Positions 55,215 through 64,000 of a DNA stretch of 64,000 nt are shown here, piece by piece; within the stretch, counting starts at the first letter, position 1; each line of letters begins with the position of its first letter. Position numbers and translations under genes: made by a program. The notes below the pieces were generated by a model, which saw only the letters and a list, made by a program, of their open reading frames with translations, ran no database searches and had not been told where the DNA came from. The stretch lies in the IMG/VR virus record IMGVR_UViG_3300031857_000002, positions 256,176 through 320,175 of that record; one strand, given 5' to 3'.

Positions 55215-56098
55215 TATCTACGTGCTCGGCCCAGACCAGCACCGCCTGCGGCTGCTTCTGGTTCTGCAGGAACTTCAGGAGGCATTGCGCCGCCCATTTC
55301 TGGAGCAGGAGCGGCACCCATGTTGGCTTGTACATCAACCACACCAGGAGCAGTGGCCATGCCAGCGTCAGGAGCAGGTGCTTGACCTGTTACCACGCCC
55401 AGGGCTTGATCCAAGGCAGCTTTGGCACCTTGTAAGTTTTGTACCAGGCCAGCAAGAGCGGCTGTGGCATCTGTGTTGAATTGTGTGGCTTGATCAATGC
55501 CCACTTGGTTCTTGATCGAGTCAACTAGAGCTGGTAATTCTTTGAACTGTAATTCAGTTACATCTTCCAACATGCCTTGCATTTTGTCAACCATGTCTTG
55601 TGCGGCCAACACAACTTGAGCTTGTTGTACTTCGCTTTCATTCAAGCGAGTCATCACACGACGCAGACGACTTTCGGCCTGCATCATGGCAGCACCAGCA
55701 ACAAGTTTTTGCTCATCAGGGTTGAGTGTTTGACCACTTTGGCTCTTTTTCAAAGCAGCAGCCAGTTTGGGATCTTTAACTTGCACAGTGCTTGGTTGTG
55801 CTGGCTTGGCGCCTGGTGCGGCACCAGCAACTGGAGCAACAGGAATAGCCTCCTCAGCCATGCGTGTGGTCAGTGCCTGTTCCATCATTACCAGTTTAAG
55901 GTAACCTGGGTTTTGTTGGCTCTGATATCTAGCAGACCCTGAACGATGCTCACGTAGCAAACCTTGCACACGTTGCAACAGGTGCTGAGTTTGACGCGAT
56001 GTTAAACGATCAAACTCAATGTTAGAACCAAAGTAACTTTCGAAAACTTTAGCGATTTGTTTTGTTGGCGACGGGGCGGCCAGTTCTTGCAGTTTCAT
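55214..56098 (-). CDS. Putative head internal/scaffold-like protein
   Basis: MKLQEL leader, several xxE sites, helical core, Pro/Ala/Gly tail; TAAATA upstream. Confidence 0.55.
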   Translation of the reverse strand: MKLQELAAPSPTKQIAKVFESYFGSNIEFDRLTSRQTQHLLQRVQGLLREHRSGSARYQSQQNPGYLKLVMMEQALTTRMAEEAIPVAPVAGAAPGAKPAQPSTVQVKDPKLAAALKKSQSGQTLNPDEQKLVAGAAMMQAESRLRRVMTRLNESEVQQAQVVLAAQDMVDKMQGMLEDVTELQFKELPALVDSIKNQVGIDQATQFNTDATAALAGLVQNLQGAKAALDQALGVVTGQAPAPDAGMATAPGVVDVQANMGAAPAPEMGGAMPPEVPAEPEAAAGGAGLGRARR

Positions 56099-56546
56099 TT
56101 GAGAATCCTCTAATTTGCATATATTTAGCCGAAATTAAACATTTCTCTAATTCGGCATCCAAGGCTGACAGACGATCTATCTTGCTTTGAATTTTGGTGG
56201 AAACACATTCGTAGAAATCTTCGCGATTGCTACGATTAGCCAAGGCTTGACGGCAGTGTATATCCGCCGCTAGGCTATGTTTTTTGGTATCTAGCGTGAG
56301 TATGTATCGTGCTAGATTGTTTTGGTTGTGCTGATCAGCAATGCACCAACTGATAGCACTTTTTTTGCTACCAAATGTTATAGAATCTTGATTTTTAATA
56401 TTAACTATAAACTTGTAGTCTGTGGGTATAATATTGTATTTTCCAAAAGCTAGTATGCCGCCGCGACCATCATCCACAATCAATTTATCAGTTAGATTGA
56501 GTAGTTCTTTTGCGGCAAAGGCTTCTAGCTTGTTTTGTTTGTTCAT
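56049..56546 (-). CDS. Hypothetical protein
   Basis: 165 aa in late operon. Confidence 0.65.
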   Translation of the reverse strand: MNKQNKLEAFAAKELLNLTDKLIVDDGRGGILAFGKYNIIPTDYKFIVNIKNQDSITFGSKKSAISWCIADQHNQNNLARYILTLDTKKHSLAADIHCRQALANRSNREDFYECVSTKIQSKIDRLSALDAELEKCLISAKYMQIRGFSNETARTGRPVANKTNR

Positions 56547-56803
56547 TTAAATACATACGTTGTGACTAGCCATCCAACAGTGGCCAACAGCATGCCAATG
56601 ATACCCGATCCCCAAGTGACCAATTGATCATTACGTTTGGCTGCCATTATTTGCACCATGTCATGCACTTCATTAATGGTGGTTTTTAAACTGTCAACAT
56701 TAGATTCGAGAGTCTCTAATTTAAGTTCAAGTAACTTATATCGCTCAGCACACAATTCAACATGTGCTTCAAGACTCTTTTTCTCAATATCAGTTGTGTC
56801 CAT
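56543..56803 (-). CDS. Coiled-coil protein with C-terminal TM
   Basis: IEK.SLEAHVELCAERY, heptads, TM tail. Confidence 0.65.
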   Translation of the reverse strand: MDTTDIEKKSLEAHVELCAERYKLLELKLETLESNVDSLKTTINEVHDMVQIMAAKRNDQLVTWGSGIIGMLLATVGWLVTTYVFK

Positions 56804-56815
56804 TATAGGCTCCCA

Positions 56816-57223
56816 TCATTTATTTATGGGTTCAAACCAAATGTTCTGATCCGGGCCGTCAGTTACCAGTGTGTATTGAGTTGTGAGTGTTTCAGTAAGT
56901 CCTGTGAGCATGGGTACTCCTGCGCACTCTGCAATCAGTCCAGATAGGTCAGTGTTGTAGACTTCTGCATGCTCTACAGAGAATTCAAAGCGCCATTCGC
57001 CTGGAGCACTGATCACTGGCTCTACATCAAATACTTGTGTGCGCAGGCTGATCAACTGATTCAATGTTTCCCAGTTGCGCTGTTGATTTCTGGCAAACAT
57101 CCACTCGTGTTGATTGTTAATAGTGTTTCCAGCATCGTCTGTAAATGGCACCTGGCTGGGCCTGTAGTGTCCAGTTACGCCAGTAGGTGAGCAATCAAAA
57201 AGAGTTCTACAGAGTATTCGCAT
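56816..57223 (-). CDS. Hypothetical protein
   Basis: 135 aa, TAAATA 8 nt upstream. Confidence 0.65.
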   Translation of the reverse strand: MRILCRTLFDCSPTGVTGHYRPSQVPFTDDAGNTINNQHEWMFARNQQRNWETLNQLISLRTQVFDVEPVISAPGEWRFEFSVEHAEVYNTDLSGLIAECAGVPMLTGLTETLTTQYTLVTDGPDQNIWFEPINK

Positions 57224-57246
57224 TATAGGAGTATTTAACGGCCAAC

Positions 57247-57278
57247 AAAAAACCCAGGATATTTCTAACCTGGGTTTT
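57247..57278. terminator. Intrinsic terminator
   Basis: AAAACCCAGG-loop-CCTGGGTTTT after 57298-57693. Confidence 0.8.
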
Positions 57279-57297
57279 GTTGTTAATCAGTGAATGA

Positions 57298-57693
57298 TTA
57301 GGTCGATAGCTTGAAGCCAACGCTTGTGCAACTATCCAACTGATAACCTGTGAAGGTGATGTTGGCAGCACTCAAGAAACCAGCGGCTTGTGTGCTGGCA
57401 TTGCCAAAAGCGCCTGTTGGGTATGTAGCAAAACTCAACACAGTACCGTCAACTTGATACATTGCAATTGTAGAAGTTTGTTGGATAGCGTTGATAACGT
57501 TAGCAACATACTCTTGCACACCTTGTTGTGACACAACAGTAGTGTTGGCAACAACGCGGAAGAAGTCCAGTTTAGGACCAGCAGGTTGAACCGGTGTAGC
57601 GGCAGTAGAAGCGGATGGAGCAACGGGACCGTTTTGTACGTCTAGTGCAAATACCGGTTGTGCATCACCATTTACGGGGGTAATATAAGCCAT
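57298..57693 (-). CDS. Probable abundant virion structural protein
   Basis: Own TAAATA promoter, strong SD, own terminator; small A/T/V/G-rich beta protein. Confidence 0.55.
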   Translation of the reverse strand: MAYITPVNGDAQPVFALDVQNGPVAPSASTAATPVQPAGPKLDFFRVVANTTVVSQQGVQEYVANVINAIQQTSTIAMYQVDGTVLSFATYPTGAFGNASTQAAGFLSAANITFTGYQLDSCTSVGFKLST

Positions 57694-57734
57694 TTTAATT
57701 TTCCTTTAAGTTTGTGGGTACGTTGACCCTACAC

Positions 57735-58403
57735 TTATTTACCAAAGTGACTGAAATCTTGTCTGTTATGGTATAAATTGCCTACTTCTTCATCACTGTC
57801 AATAAGTGTTTGTAGTGCTGTATTTAGTTGATTCTGATTGGCAAGAGAAGGGATCACTTGGAAGTTTGACGGCAGGACTCCGAGATCTTCAGACACTAGT
57901 TCTAGATCAAATCTAGTGTTGATCGCTTGCAATCGTTGATTGGTAGTTAATATAGAGATTGCGGCGTTTTTTAGTTCCGCAATATTTATTGGTATTTCTC
58001 CTGTGAAGCAGTCTTCAGAAAACAGTGGATAACGATCGTCGGTGTACTTTTTAACAAAATGCCATTGTTGGGTTTTTACGGCGCAATAAAAACTTGTGAT
58101 CTGAGCAAAAACATTCCGACGATGTAGTCGTATCAGTGTACATTGATTCAATAGAGGTTGTAGGAATTGCTGAATTTCTGGTGTGTATTGGTGAGAACTG
58201 CACATGACCTTGGCAACAAAGTTGCCTGACGACCTATTAATAAAATTCACAAATGATATTGCATGCTCTACATATAAAAAGGCTTCGTCGAAATTTGTTA
58301 GTCCTTTTTCTTGTGCAATCCAATCGCATAGTGCCGTAGATCGTGTTCTAAATGATGAAAAGACGATAATAGACTTATTGTCTGGCAAATCAATATTGAT
58401 CAT
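57735..58403 (-). CDS. Sulfotransferase-like (Stf0-like) P-loop protein
   Basis: IIVFSSFRTRSTAL (5'-PSB-like), IRLHRRN...Q..S (3'-PB-like). Confidence 0.55.
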   Translation of the reverse strand: MINIDLPDNKSIIVFSSFRTRSTALCDWIAQEKGLTNFDEAFLYVEHAISFVNFINRSSGNFVAKVMCSSHQYTPEIQQFLQPLLNQCTLIRLHRRNVFAQITSFYCAVKTQQWHFVKKYTDDRYPLFSEDCFTGEIPINIAELKNAAISILTTNQRLQAINTRFDLELVSEDLGVLPSNFQVIPSLANQNQLNTALQTLIDSDEEVGNLYHNRQDFSHFGK

Positions 58404-60289
58404 TGAACAGGATTATTACGTTGTCGGTTTTGAGCGGCAAAAGCATTGGGGTCAAAGCGATTCACAGCTTTGGCATAGCCTGCAGGAGTGGCCATGACCC
58501 AGCCTTCTTGTCCAGGATGTTCTAGATCTGCTTGCTTTAGGATGTCCATCTTTAGATCATGCAATAGCAAGAACGCTGTAAATGCCGCTGCCAATGCAGG
58601 GGTATTGCTAGTGGGACTTTCCAGGTACTCCACAATGTTACGGAACTTGCTGGGAGTTACCTTGCTTTGTAACCATTCACCAAACTCGGGCAACAGTGTT
58701 GCAGGGTTCAGCGGAGCACCAACCTTGGTATTGATATAGTCCACACACAGTTTGGCAAGGTCTGTGATCTTGTGTGCTCGTAGTTCTGCAGGATTAAACA
58801 AGGTGGCAATGTCAGCACCATCTGTACGAATTAGTTGTTTGAGTTGTTTGACTTTGGCAGGCTCAGCAGCCAGTGCCCGAGGCGTTGCAGGACGCTCTAG
58901 CATCAAGCCTGGAACTTCATTAAACTTTACACCGCTCAAGGGCTGACGTGCATCGCCCACATCAGAGTACATTGAGTGTACAGCAATGCCAATATCACTG
59001 TTGGCTATGCGTTGGCCCAAGTTACTTCGAGCTGGAATTTTGTACTCAACAGTGTTGGGACGGAAAACATAGTTGCCTGCAATCTCAGGAGGTGTTGACA
59101 TGTACAGCAAGTCGCCTTTGACATAGCCTCGGAAGTTAGCGGGCAAACTGGCTTCCAGCACAGGGAATAGAGTTGCGTACAAGTTGATCAGTTCGTCACG
59201 GTTACCAGATCGTGTGCGTTGAATCTGTGCCATCATTTCAGGACTGGTAGCAAGACCGTCGTAGCCTTTGGCTTCAAAGCCTGAGCCATCTGTCAACACA
59301 AACTCGCCTGTAGCAGGTTTACGGCCCCAGATCACAGCAGGCTTGCCGTCCCACTTGGCAGTGGTTGTTCGGGGATTTTCAGTGGCGTGTTGTACAATTT
59401 CCAGTGCATCTTGAATGCCTTGTGTGCCACGACGGAACACAAGATCTTCCAAGTGTTCAATGCCCTTGGCTCTACCGCCTACACCGGGCTCTTCTGCTTC
59501 TACCAAGGCAACATAGCCTTTATTAACAATACGATCACGCAAGCGACCCAGAAATCCCACATCATCTTCGGACACTGACAGTTGTGGTTCTTTTAATCCT
59601 TCACGTTGAAGATATTCACGAAAGTCTTTTAGCTTGGCATCTTTATTGGGATCATTACTCAATGCGGCGTAGATGCTTTCCACATTCTTTAGGTTTTCTT
59701 TTGTGAATGCAGGACCCAATAATACTCGGGCTACCTGGCTGGGATCCATTCCGCCTTGTACTAGCTCTTCTGTTGACCGACTGAACATGCCATTGGCGCC
59801 TACTTTGAAACCCAAGGCCTTGGCTATGCTGGACATTAACACATTACGGTTCATACCCTTGTATGCAGATCCTTCTGCGCCACCATAATAGAATGTGCCC
59901 CAGTCCAAGTTAGGAAAAAACATAAAATCAGTTTGCACATAGCCTTTGTTGGGGTCTCCGGCAATGGGAGTACGGAAATGAACTTCGCCCTTTTTAACCA
60001 CCCATTCACGTGGGTCCAATCCTTGACTGGTCACAATCTTTTGTAATGCTGAGGCCAATTGATCTTTATCAATTTCATTTAGGTCCACGCCAAGATCTAA
60101 ATCGCCAGATGTGGGCTTGCGGCCAGTGGATCCCAGCCAGCGTTCCGTAGGGAATTCAATTCCCAGAATGTTTTCGATATAAGCAATGGTAGCAGGCACA
60201 TCTGCTTGATTGATACGTTGTGTGAGTGGCTGGCCTTGCTTGTCCTTGAACACATTGCCGCCTTCTAATAGTTTAGTTAGATATTTCAT
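58400..60289 (-). CDS. Two-domain protein: Pol-beta-type nucleotidyltransferase + RNA-ligase/ATP-grasp-like domain, capsid-leader tagged
   Basis: MKYLTKLLE-GG; LGSTG...SGDLDL.VD...VQTD; IEHLED, KWDGKPA, KGDLLY, EGWV. Confidence 0.6.
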   Translation of the reverse strand: MKYLTKLLEGGNVFKDKQGQPLTQRINQADVPATIAYIENILGIEFPTERWLGSTGRKPTSGDLDLGVDLNEIDKDQLASALQKIVTSQGLDPREWVVKKGEVHFRTPIAGDPNKGYVQTDFMFFPNLDWGTFYYGGAEGSAYKGMNRNVLMSSIAKALGFKVGANGMFSRSTEELVQGGMDPSQVARVLLGPAFTKENLKNVESIYAALSNDPNKDAKLKDFREYLQREGLKEPQLSVSEDDVGFLGRLRDRIVNKGYVALVEAEEPGVGGRAKGIEHLEDLVFRRGTQGIQDALEIVQHATENPRTTTAKWDGKPAVIWGRKPATGEFVLTDGSGFEAKGYDGLATSPEMMAQIQRTRSGNRDELINLYATLFPVLEASLPANFRGYVKGDLLYMSTPPEIAGNYVFRPNTVEYKIPARSNLGQRIANSDIGIAVHSMYSDVGDARQPLSGVKFNEVPGLMLERPATPRALAAEPAKVKQLKQLIRTDGADIATLFNPAELRAHKITDLAKLCVDYINTKVGAPLNPATLLPEFGEWLQSKVTPSKFRNIVEYLESPTSNTPALAAAFTAFLLLHDLKMDILKQADLEHPGQEGWVMATPAGYAKAVNRFDPNAFAAQNRQRNNPVQ

Positions 60290-60290
60290 G

Positions 60291-60977
60291 TTAAGGCTGC
60301 GGGTTTTTCAGTAGTTTTTGTTGTAATGTCAATGCCATTCTGTGAGAAGGGTCATTGGCGTTGTAGGGTTTGCCATTATACAACGGATTGTTGCTAGGAT
60401 CAAATGTCACTGTGGCAACTCGATTGTTGGCAGTATTGTCAGCCCCTTTACCGAAGTTTTTAATGCTTTTGGCACGTTGAATACTGGTGGCCAAGGGCAG
60501 CCAGACATTGGCTCCAGGATTGGGTTTCTGTGTGTCTGCAATGGCAGCCGTGATTTGTGGTTTTAGTTCAGTTTTTAACAAGTTGGCCTGCCCTGATCCG
60601 TCATCTGGAAGTTCATCAATATCAACTCCAGCCAGTTGATTTACAAACTGATATAATTCTTTTTCCAAGGCGGCTTTATCAATTTGCGCTGCTGATGTAA
60701 CAGGATTTTTTGTCTCAGGGTCGTCAGATTTCAACATCAGTTGTTGCACATTTTGTGCCCAGCGTTTTTGCATTTCTTTGGCCAATGGTGCCAGTAATGT
60801 CTTGTTCACTTCGCCAGCGGCACCTTGACGTAAATTACTATCAACTTTTGGTCCAAGACGGGTTTGGTCCAAGGAATCTAATGGATTGGCCACCCCAGCT
60901 GATTTGTACAGCATGTTGGTAAGTCCAGACACCACATCTTCTTTTATTGGCTTGCGTGTTATTTCATGAATCTGCAT
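60291..60977 (-). CDS. Putative head internal protein
   Basis: Leader MQIHEITRKPIKE. Confidence 0.5.
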   Translation of the reverse strand: MQIHEITRKPIKEDVVSGLTNMLYKSAGVANPLDSLDQTRLGPKVDSNLRQGAAGEVNKTLLAPLAKEMQKRWAQNVQQLMLKSDDPETKNPVTSAAQIDKAALEKELYQFVNQLAGVDIDELPDDGSGQANLLKTELKPQITAAIADTQKPNPGANVWLPLATSIQRAKSIKNFGKGADNTANNRVATVTFDPSNNPLYNGKPYNANDPSHRMALTLQQKLLKNPQP

Positions 60978-61212
60978 TGGTTTTCCTAACGGATCTGGAA
61001 AACTTTCCAGCATCCTTTGTTCTTATGGCATTGAGCAATTTTCTTGTGAGATTTTCTGCTTGTTCAGCACCAAACTCATGTTCAATTTGTTCCACTAGTC
61101 TAATGGCGCTGGCAATGATATTGTCAGCTCGACTTTCAATTATCAGGCGACGATCACGCTCAACATACATTGAGTCCAATTCTTCTAACAAACTGCGTGT
61201 CTTTTTTTGCAT
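60964..61212 (-). CDS. Small hypothetical protein
   Basis: MQKKTRSLLEELD...; 82 aa. Confidence 0.7.
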   Translation of the reverse strand: MQKKTRSLLEELDSMYVERDRRLIIESRADNIIASAIRLVEQIEHEFGAEQAENLTRKLLNAIRTKDAGKFSRSVRKTNADS

Positions 61213-61294
61213 TCGATCAAGAGCCTTTGGATTATTTAGTGCTTTTTAGATTCTAATAAATATCTATTACTGCTTTTAAAGCCAAGGAACACAA

Positions 61295-63163
61295 ATGACC
61301 AGTCAAATCAATCCATCAAATATCGATGCTACATATCCTGTAGCAGGGCAACCCAATAACACACAGGGTTTCCGCGATAATTTCACTGCCACACAGACCA
61401 ATTTCAACTATGCCGCAACTGAAATAACAGATTTACAAAACAAAGCAGTACTAAAGGCAGCACTCACAGGCACCACGTTGGACAACAACATGAATGATGC
61501 ACTGCTTTATGCTGCCAAGATACAAGATTTTAGCGCAACTGCGGTGAATCTTACAACCACTTCGGGACCAGTCACAGTGGATTATACTACCGGACATTAT
61601 CAAAGTCTCTCTCCGGCCACTGGCAGTGTTACTTTGGGCTTTACAAAATGGCCTGCGGCAAACAATTATGGCTTTTTAAGACTGCGAATTTACATTACCA
61701 ACACCGCCTACACAGTGACTTTGCCTGCGGCTGCCACTCAAGGCATTGCTGGTATTCAAGGACTGTCAGGCAGCACAATCACCTTTGGTGCCACCGGCTA
61801 TTACGAATTTGGTTTTAGCACAGTAGATGGTGGTACCACAATCACAGTGTTTGATTTGAATCGTCCATTGAGCTATTATACTAATCCTGTAACAATCAAC
61901 AGCAACGTAGCCAGTACCAGTACCACTTCTGGGGCATTGACTGTGGCAGGTGGGGTTGGAATCAATGGTAATCTTTATGTGGCAGGCAACGTTGTTGGAA
62001 ACTTTGTAGCTACAACTCAAACATTTGCCGGTAATTTAACCGGCGGAAACTTGTTGACAGCCGGAATAACAAGCGCCACTGGTAATGTCACTGGTGGTAA
62101 TTTACGTACTGCTGGGCAAGTAAGTGCCACAGGCAATGTAACTGGTAACTTTTTTATTGGCAACGGATCAGGACTGACTGGTATTGTTGTGTCAGGCGGT
62201 ACATCTATTGTCAACGGAAATAGTAATGTTGGAGTAATTGCCAATAGTAATGTCACTATCAGCGTTGGCGGAACATCAAATGTTGCAGTATGGGCCAACA
62301 CTGGTGGGATCGTAACTGGTTTACTCAGTGCAACAGGTAATATCACTGGTGGTAATTTACGTACCGCTGGACAGATATCAGCAGGCGGTAATATCACTGG
62401 CGGTAACATTATTGCTGGGGTAGGTGTAGGAGTAGCTGGTGATGTGGCAGTAGGTGGTGTAATATTTGCCGCTGGCAACATCACTGGATCTTATTTACTT
62501 GGCAACGGATCTTTTTTAACAGGATTGTCTAGTTCAACAAGGATCGCATCAGGTACCACAGAAATAGCCATTGACGCACCAAGTGGTAATATTCAAACAA
62601 CAATTGGTGGCACTGCAAACGTAGTGGTGTTCACCACAAACGGTCTAGGTGTAGCAGGGTTTGTAGTGGCCACTGGCAACATCACTGGTAGCAATGTTAC
62701 CGCTAGTGGTAATGCTATTGTTAGTGGATTTGTTAGTGCTGTAGGCAACGTCTCTGGCGGTAACATCCGAACTGCTGGATTAATCACTGCCACTGGTAAT
62801 ATTACCAGTGGTAATATTGGTGTAACAGGAAATGTCAGTTTAACTGGTAATGTTATTTCTGGAAATTTGACTACTAGTTCTCAAGTGGTAGCACTTGGTA
62901 ATGTAACTGGCGGAAATATCAGAACCGACGGTCAGGTGCTGGCGCTAAGTGCCACATCTCTGCCAGCAGGTGGTGTAGCTGGCGCTGGATATGTGTTTTC
63001 ATCTACTGCAAACTTTGGCGTATTTTTTGGATCTGGTGTGCCAACACTGAGTGCTGCCAAAGGATCTTTGTATCTTAGAAGCGATGGCACTACCACCAAT
63101 GATCGTATGTATGTAAATACCAATGGCGTCACGACCTGGACTGCTGTAATTACTGCGGCTTAA
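61295..63163 (+). CDS. Tail-fibre-like virion protein with G-N-x-T-G-G-N repeats
   Basis: N-term IDATYPVAGQ.N.TQGFRDNF; ~15 GN[IV]TGGN repeats (62020-62940); TAAATA and SD upstream. Confidence 0.75.
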   Translation: MTSQINPSNIDATYPVAGQPNNTQGFRDNFTATQTNFNYAATEITDLQNKAVLKAALTGTTLDNNMNDALLYAAKIQDFSATAVNLTTTSGPVTVDYTTGHYQSLSPATGSVTLGFTKWPAANNYGFLRLRIYITNTAYTVTLPAAATQGIAGIQGLSGSTITFGATGYYEFGFSTVDGGTTITVFDLNRPLSYYTNPVTINSNVASTSTTSGALTVAGGVGINGNLYVAGNVVGNFVATTQTFAGNLTGGNLLTAGITSATGNVTGGNLRTAGQVSATGNVTGNFFIGNGSGLTGIVVSGGTSIVNGNSNVGVIANSNVTISVGGTSNVAVWANTGGIVTGLLSATGNITGGNLRTAGQISAGGNITGGNIIAGVGVGVAGDVAVGGVIFAAGNITGSYLLGNGSFLTGLSSSTRIASGTTEIAIDAPSGNIQTTIGGTANVVVFTTNGLGVAGFVVATGNITGSNVTASGNAIVSGFVSAVGNVSGGNIRTAGLITATGNITSGNIGVTGNVSLTGNVISGNLTTSSQVVALGNVTGGNIRTDGQVLALSATSLPAGGVAGAGYVFSSTANFGVFFGSGVPTLSAAKGSLYLRSDGTTTNDRMYVNTNGVTTWTAVITAA

Positions 63164-64000
63164 CCAATTTCCACAATTCAGGAAACGTCTCGGCTAGATC
63201 TTGTTTGCGCAACAGGTCTAGCTTTTTTGTTGTTGACCAGAACTTTGCCCACAATTCAGTTTGATTATCTAACGGCATGTCCATAAAGTCTAGTATGCTG
63301 GCAACTTGATGACTGGCTCCTGCTAGATGTGTTCTAACTTGTGCTTTGACTTGATCGGGCAACACACGCACATTGATATGTTGTGGATGATGCACCATGT
63401 TAAAGAAGTAGCCTATGCCACGCTGTTTAAAATACTGCTCAATCTCTTCAAGATACAAGATATTGTAGGCACATACAGTGACACAAACGCACATGCTGAT
63501 ATTAGAGTGTTGGCGTACTAGTTCTTGATAACGATCCAAGTTCTTTTCTACTGTGCTCCAAGTTTCCCCATATCGTATGTAATCAAAATGTGGACCAATA
63601 CCATCTATGCTGATGTCTAATGCAACATGTTTGAATTGTGTTAATGTATCAATGTATCGTTGATTCCAAATTGTACCATTGGTATTGATGTGCAGACTTT
63701 GATCTTGAGCTAGATTTTTATCCACAGCTTGTTGTAGGATATTAAACACATTGCTCAACAGCATGGGCTCAGCACCATAGATGTCATAGTACCGGACATC
63801 AGTTAACCATTCTTCCAACTCATTCCACAGGCGAGTGTTTTCAGGTTCATAACTGCTTTTGATCCTGCCCCAACTGGCTAGATACTTCTTATAGTCAGGT
63901 TCTTGCTTGTGTGCTTCTAGTTCCCAATAGTCGCGATACCATTTGCTTGACACTTCGGGCCAACATGTTCTGCAGGCTAAGTTACAGGTGTTACCAGGTT
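63150..64000 (-). CDS. Radical SAM protein (5' end outside the window)
   Basis: Window end translates PGNTCNLACRTC; YGAEP, INTNG, ISIDG. Confidence 0.85.
   Translation of the reverse strand, partial: PGNTCNLACRTCWPEVSSKWYRDYWELEAHKQEPDYKKYLASWGRIKSSYEPENTRLWNELEEWLTDVRYYDIYGAEPMLLSNVFNILQQAVDKNLAQDQSLHINTNGTIWNQRYIDTLTQFKHVALDISIDGIGPHFDYIRYGETWSTVEKNLDRYQELVRQHSNISMCVCVTVCAYNILYLEEIEQYFKQRGIGYFFNMVHHPQHINVRVLPDQVKAQVRTHLAGASHQVASILDFMDMPLDNQTELWAKFWSTTKKLDLLRKQDLAETFPELWKLVKPQ

Noticed and set aside
302-63521. Most remaining 60-200-aa track ORFs overlapping supported genes
   Set aside because: No SD, promoter or motif, and lie antisense or out of frame within well-supported CDSs
1-64000. 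tRNA genes
   Set aside because: No cloverleaf with TTCGA T-loop and acceptor stem seen by eye; tRNAscan-SE would be needed to exclude
1-64000. Stop-codon reassignment
   Set aside because: Conserved genes are full length in the standard code and gene packing is tight

Overview
This window reads as a 64-kb segment of a large lytic myovirus (jumbo-type, T4-like transcription logic). The host is probably a freshwater betaproteobacterium, inferred from the proteobacterial-type PstS, IscU/IscA, ClpX and a DUF3563-like peptide. Most genes are on the minus strand. Recognisable content: replication/nucleotide genes (NrdA, NrdB, glutaredoxin, ATP-dependent DNA ligase, PD-(D/E)xK exonuclease, UvsE); a proteostasis/translation set (two ClpP, ClpX, ClpS, Hsp20, YccA/BI-1, ribosomal protein bS21); Fe-S assembly (IscU, IscA); five radical-SAM proteins and other tailoring enzymes; and virion genes (PAAR, pectin-lyase tail protein, fibre-like protein, proteins with T4-like capsid-targeting leaders). 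No capsid, terminase, tRNA or CRISPR array was seen. Best leads: (1) a Pho-box-controlled PlcP-like phosphoesterase + GT2 + PstS module suggesting phage-driven membrane-lipid remodelling; (2) an unannotated ~146-nt pseudoknotted RNA behind a perfect sigma70 promoter (35013-35158); (3) a 50-aa ArfA-like ORF missed by the ORF track; (4) capsid-leader-tagged enzymes (nucleotidyltransferase-ligase fusion, nuclease); (5) systematic leaderless late genes; (6) six copies of a ~55-bp promoter-RBS cassette. All product calls come from motif recognition by eye; no database searches were run.
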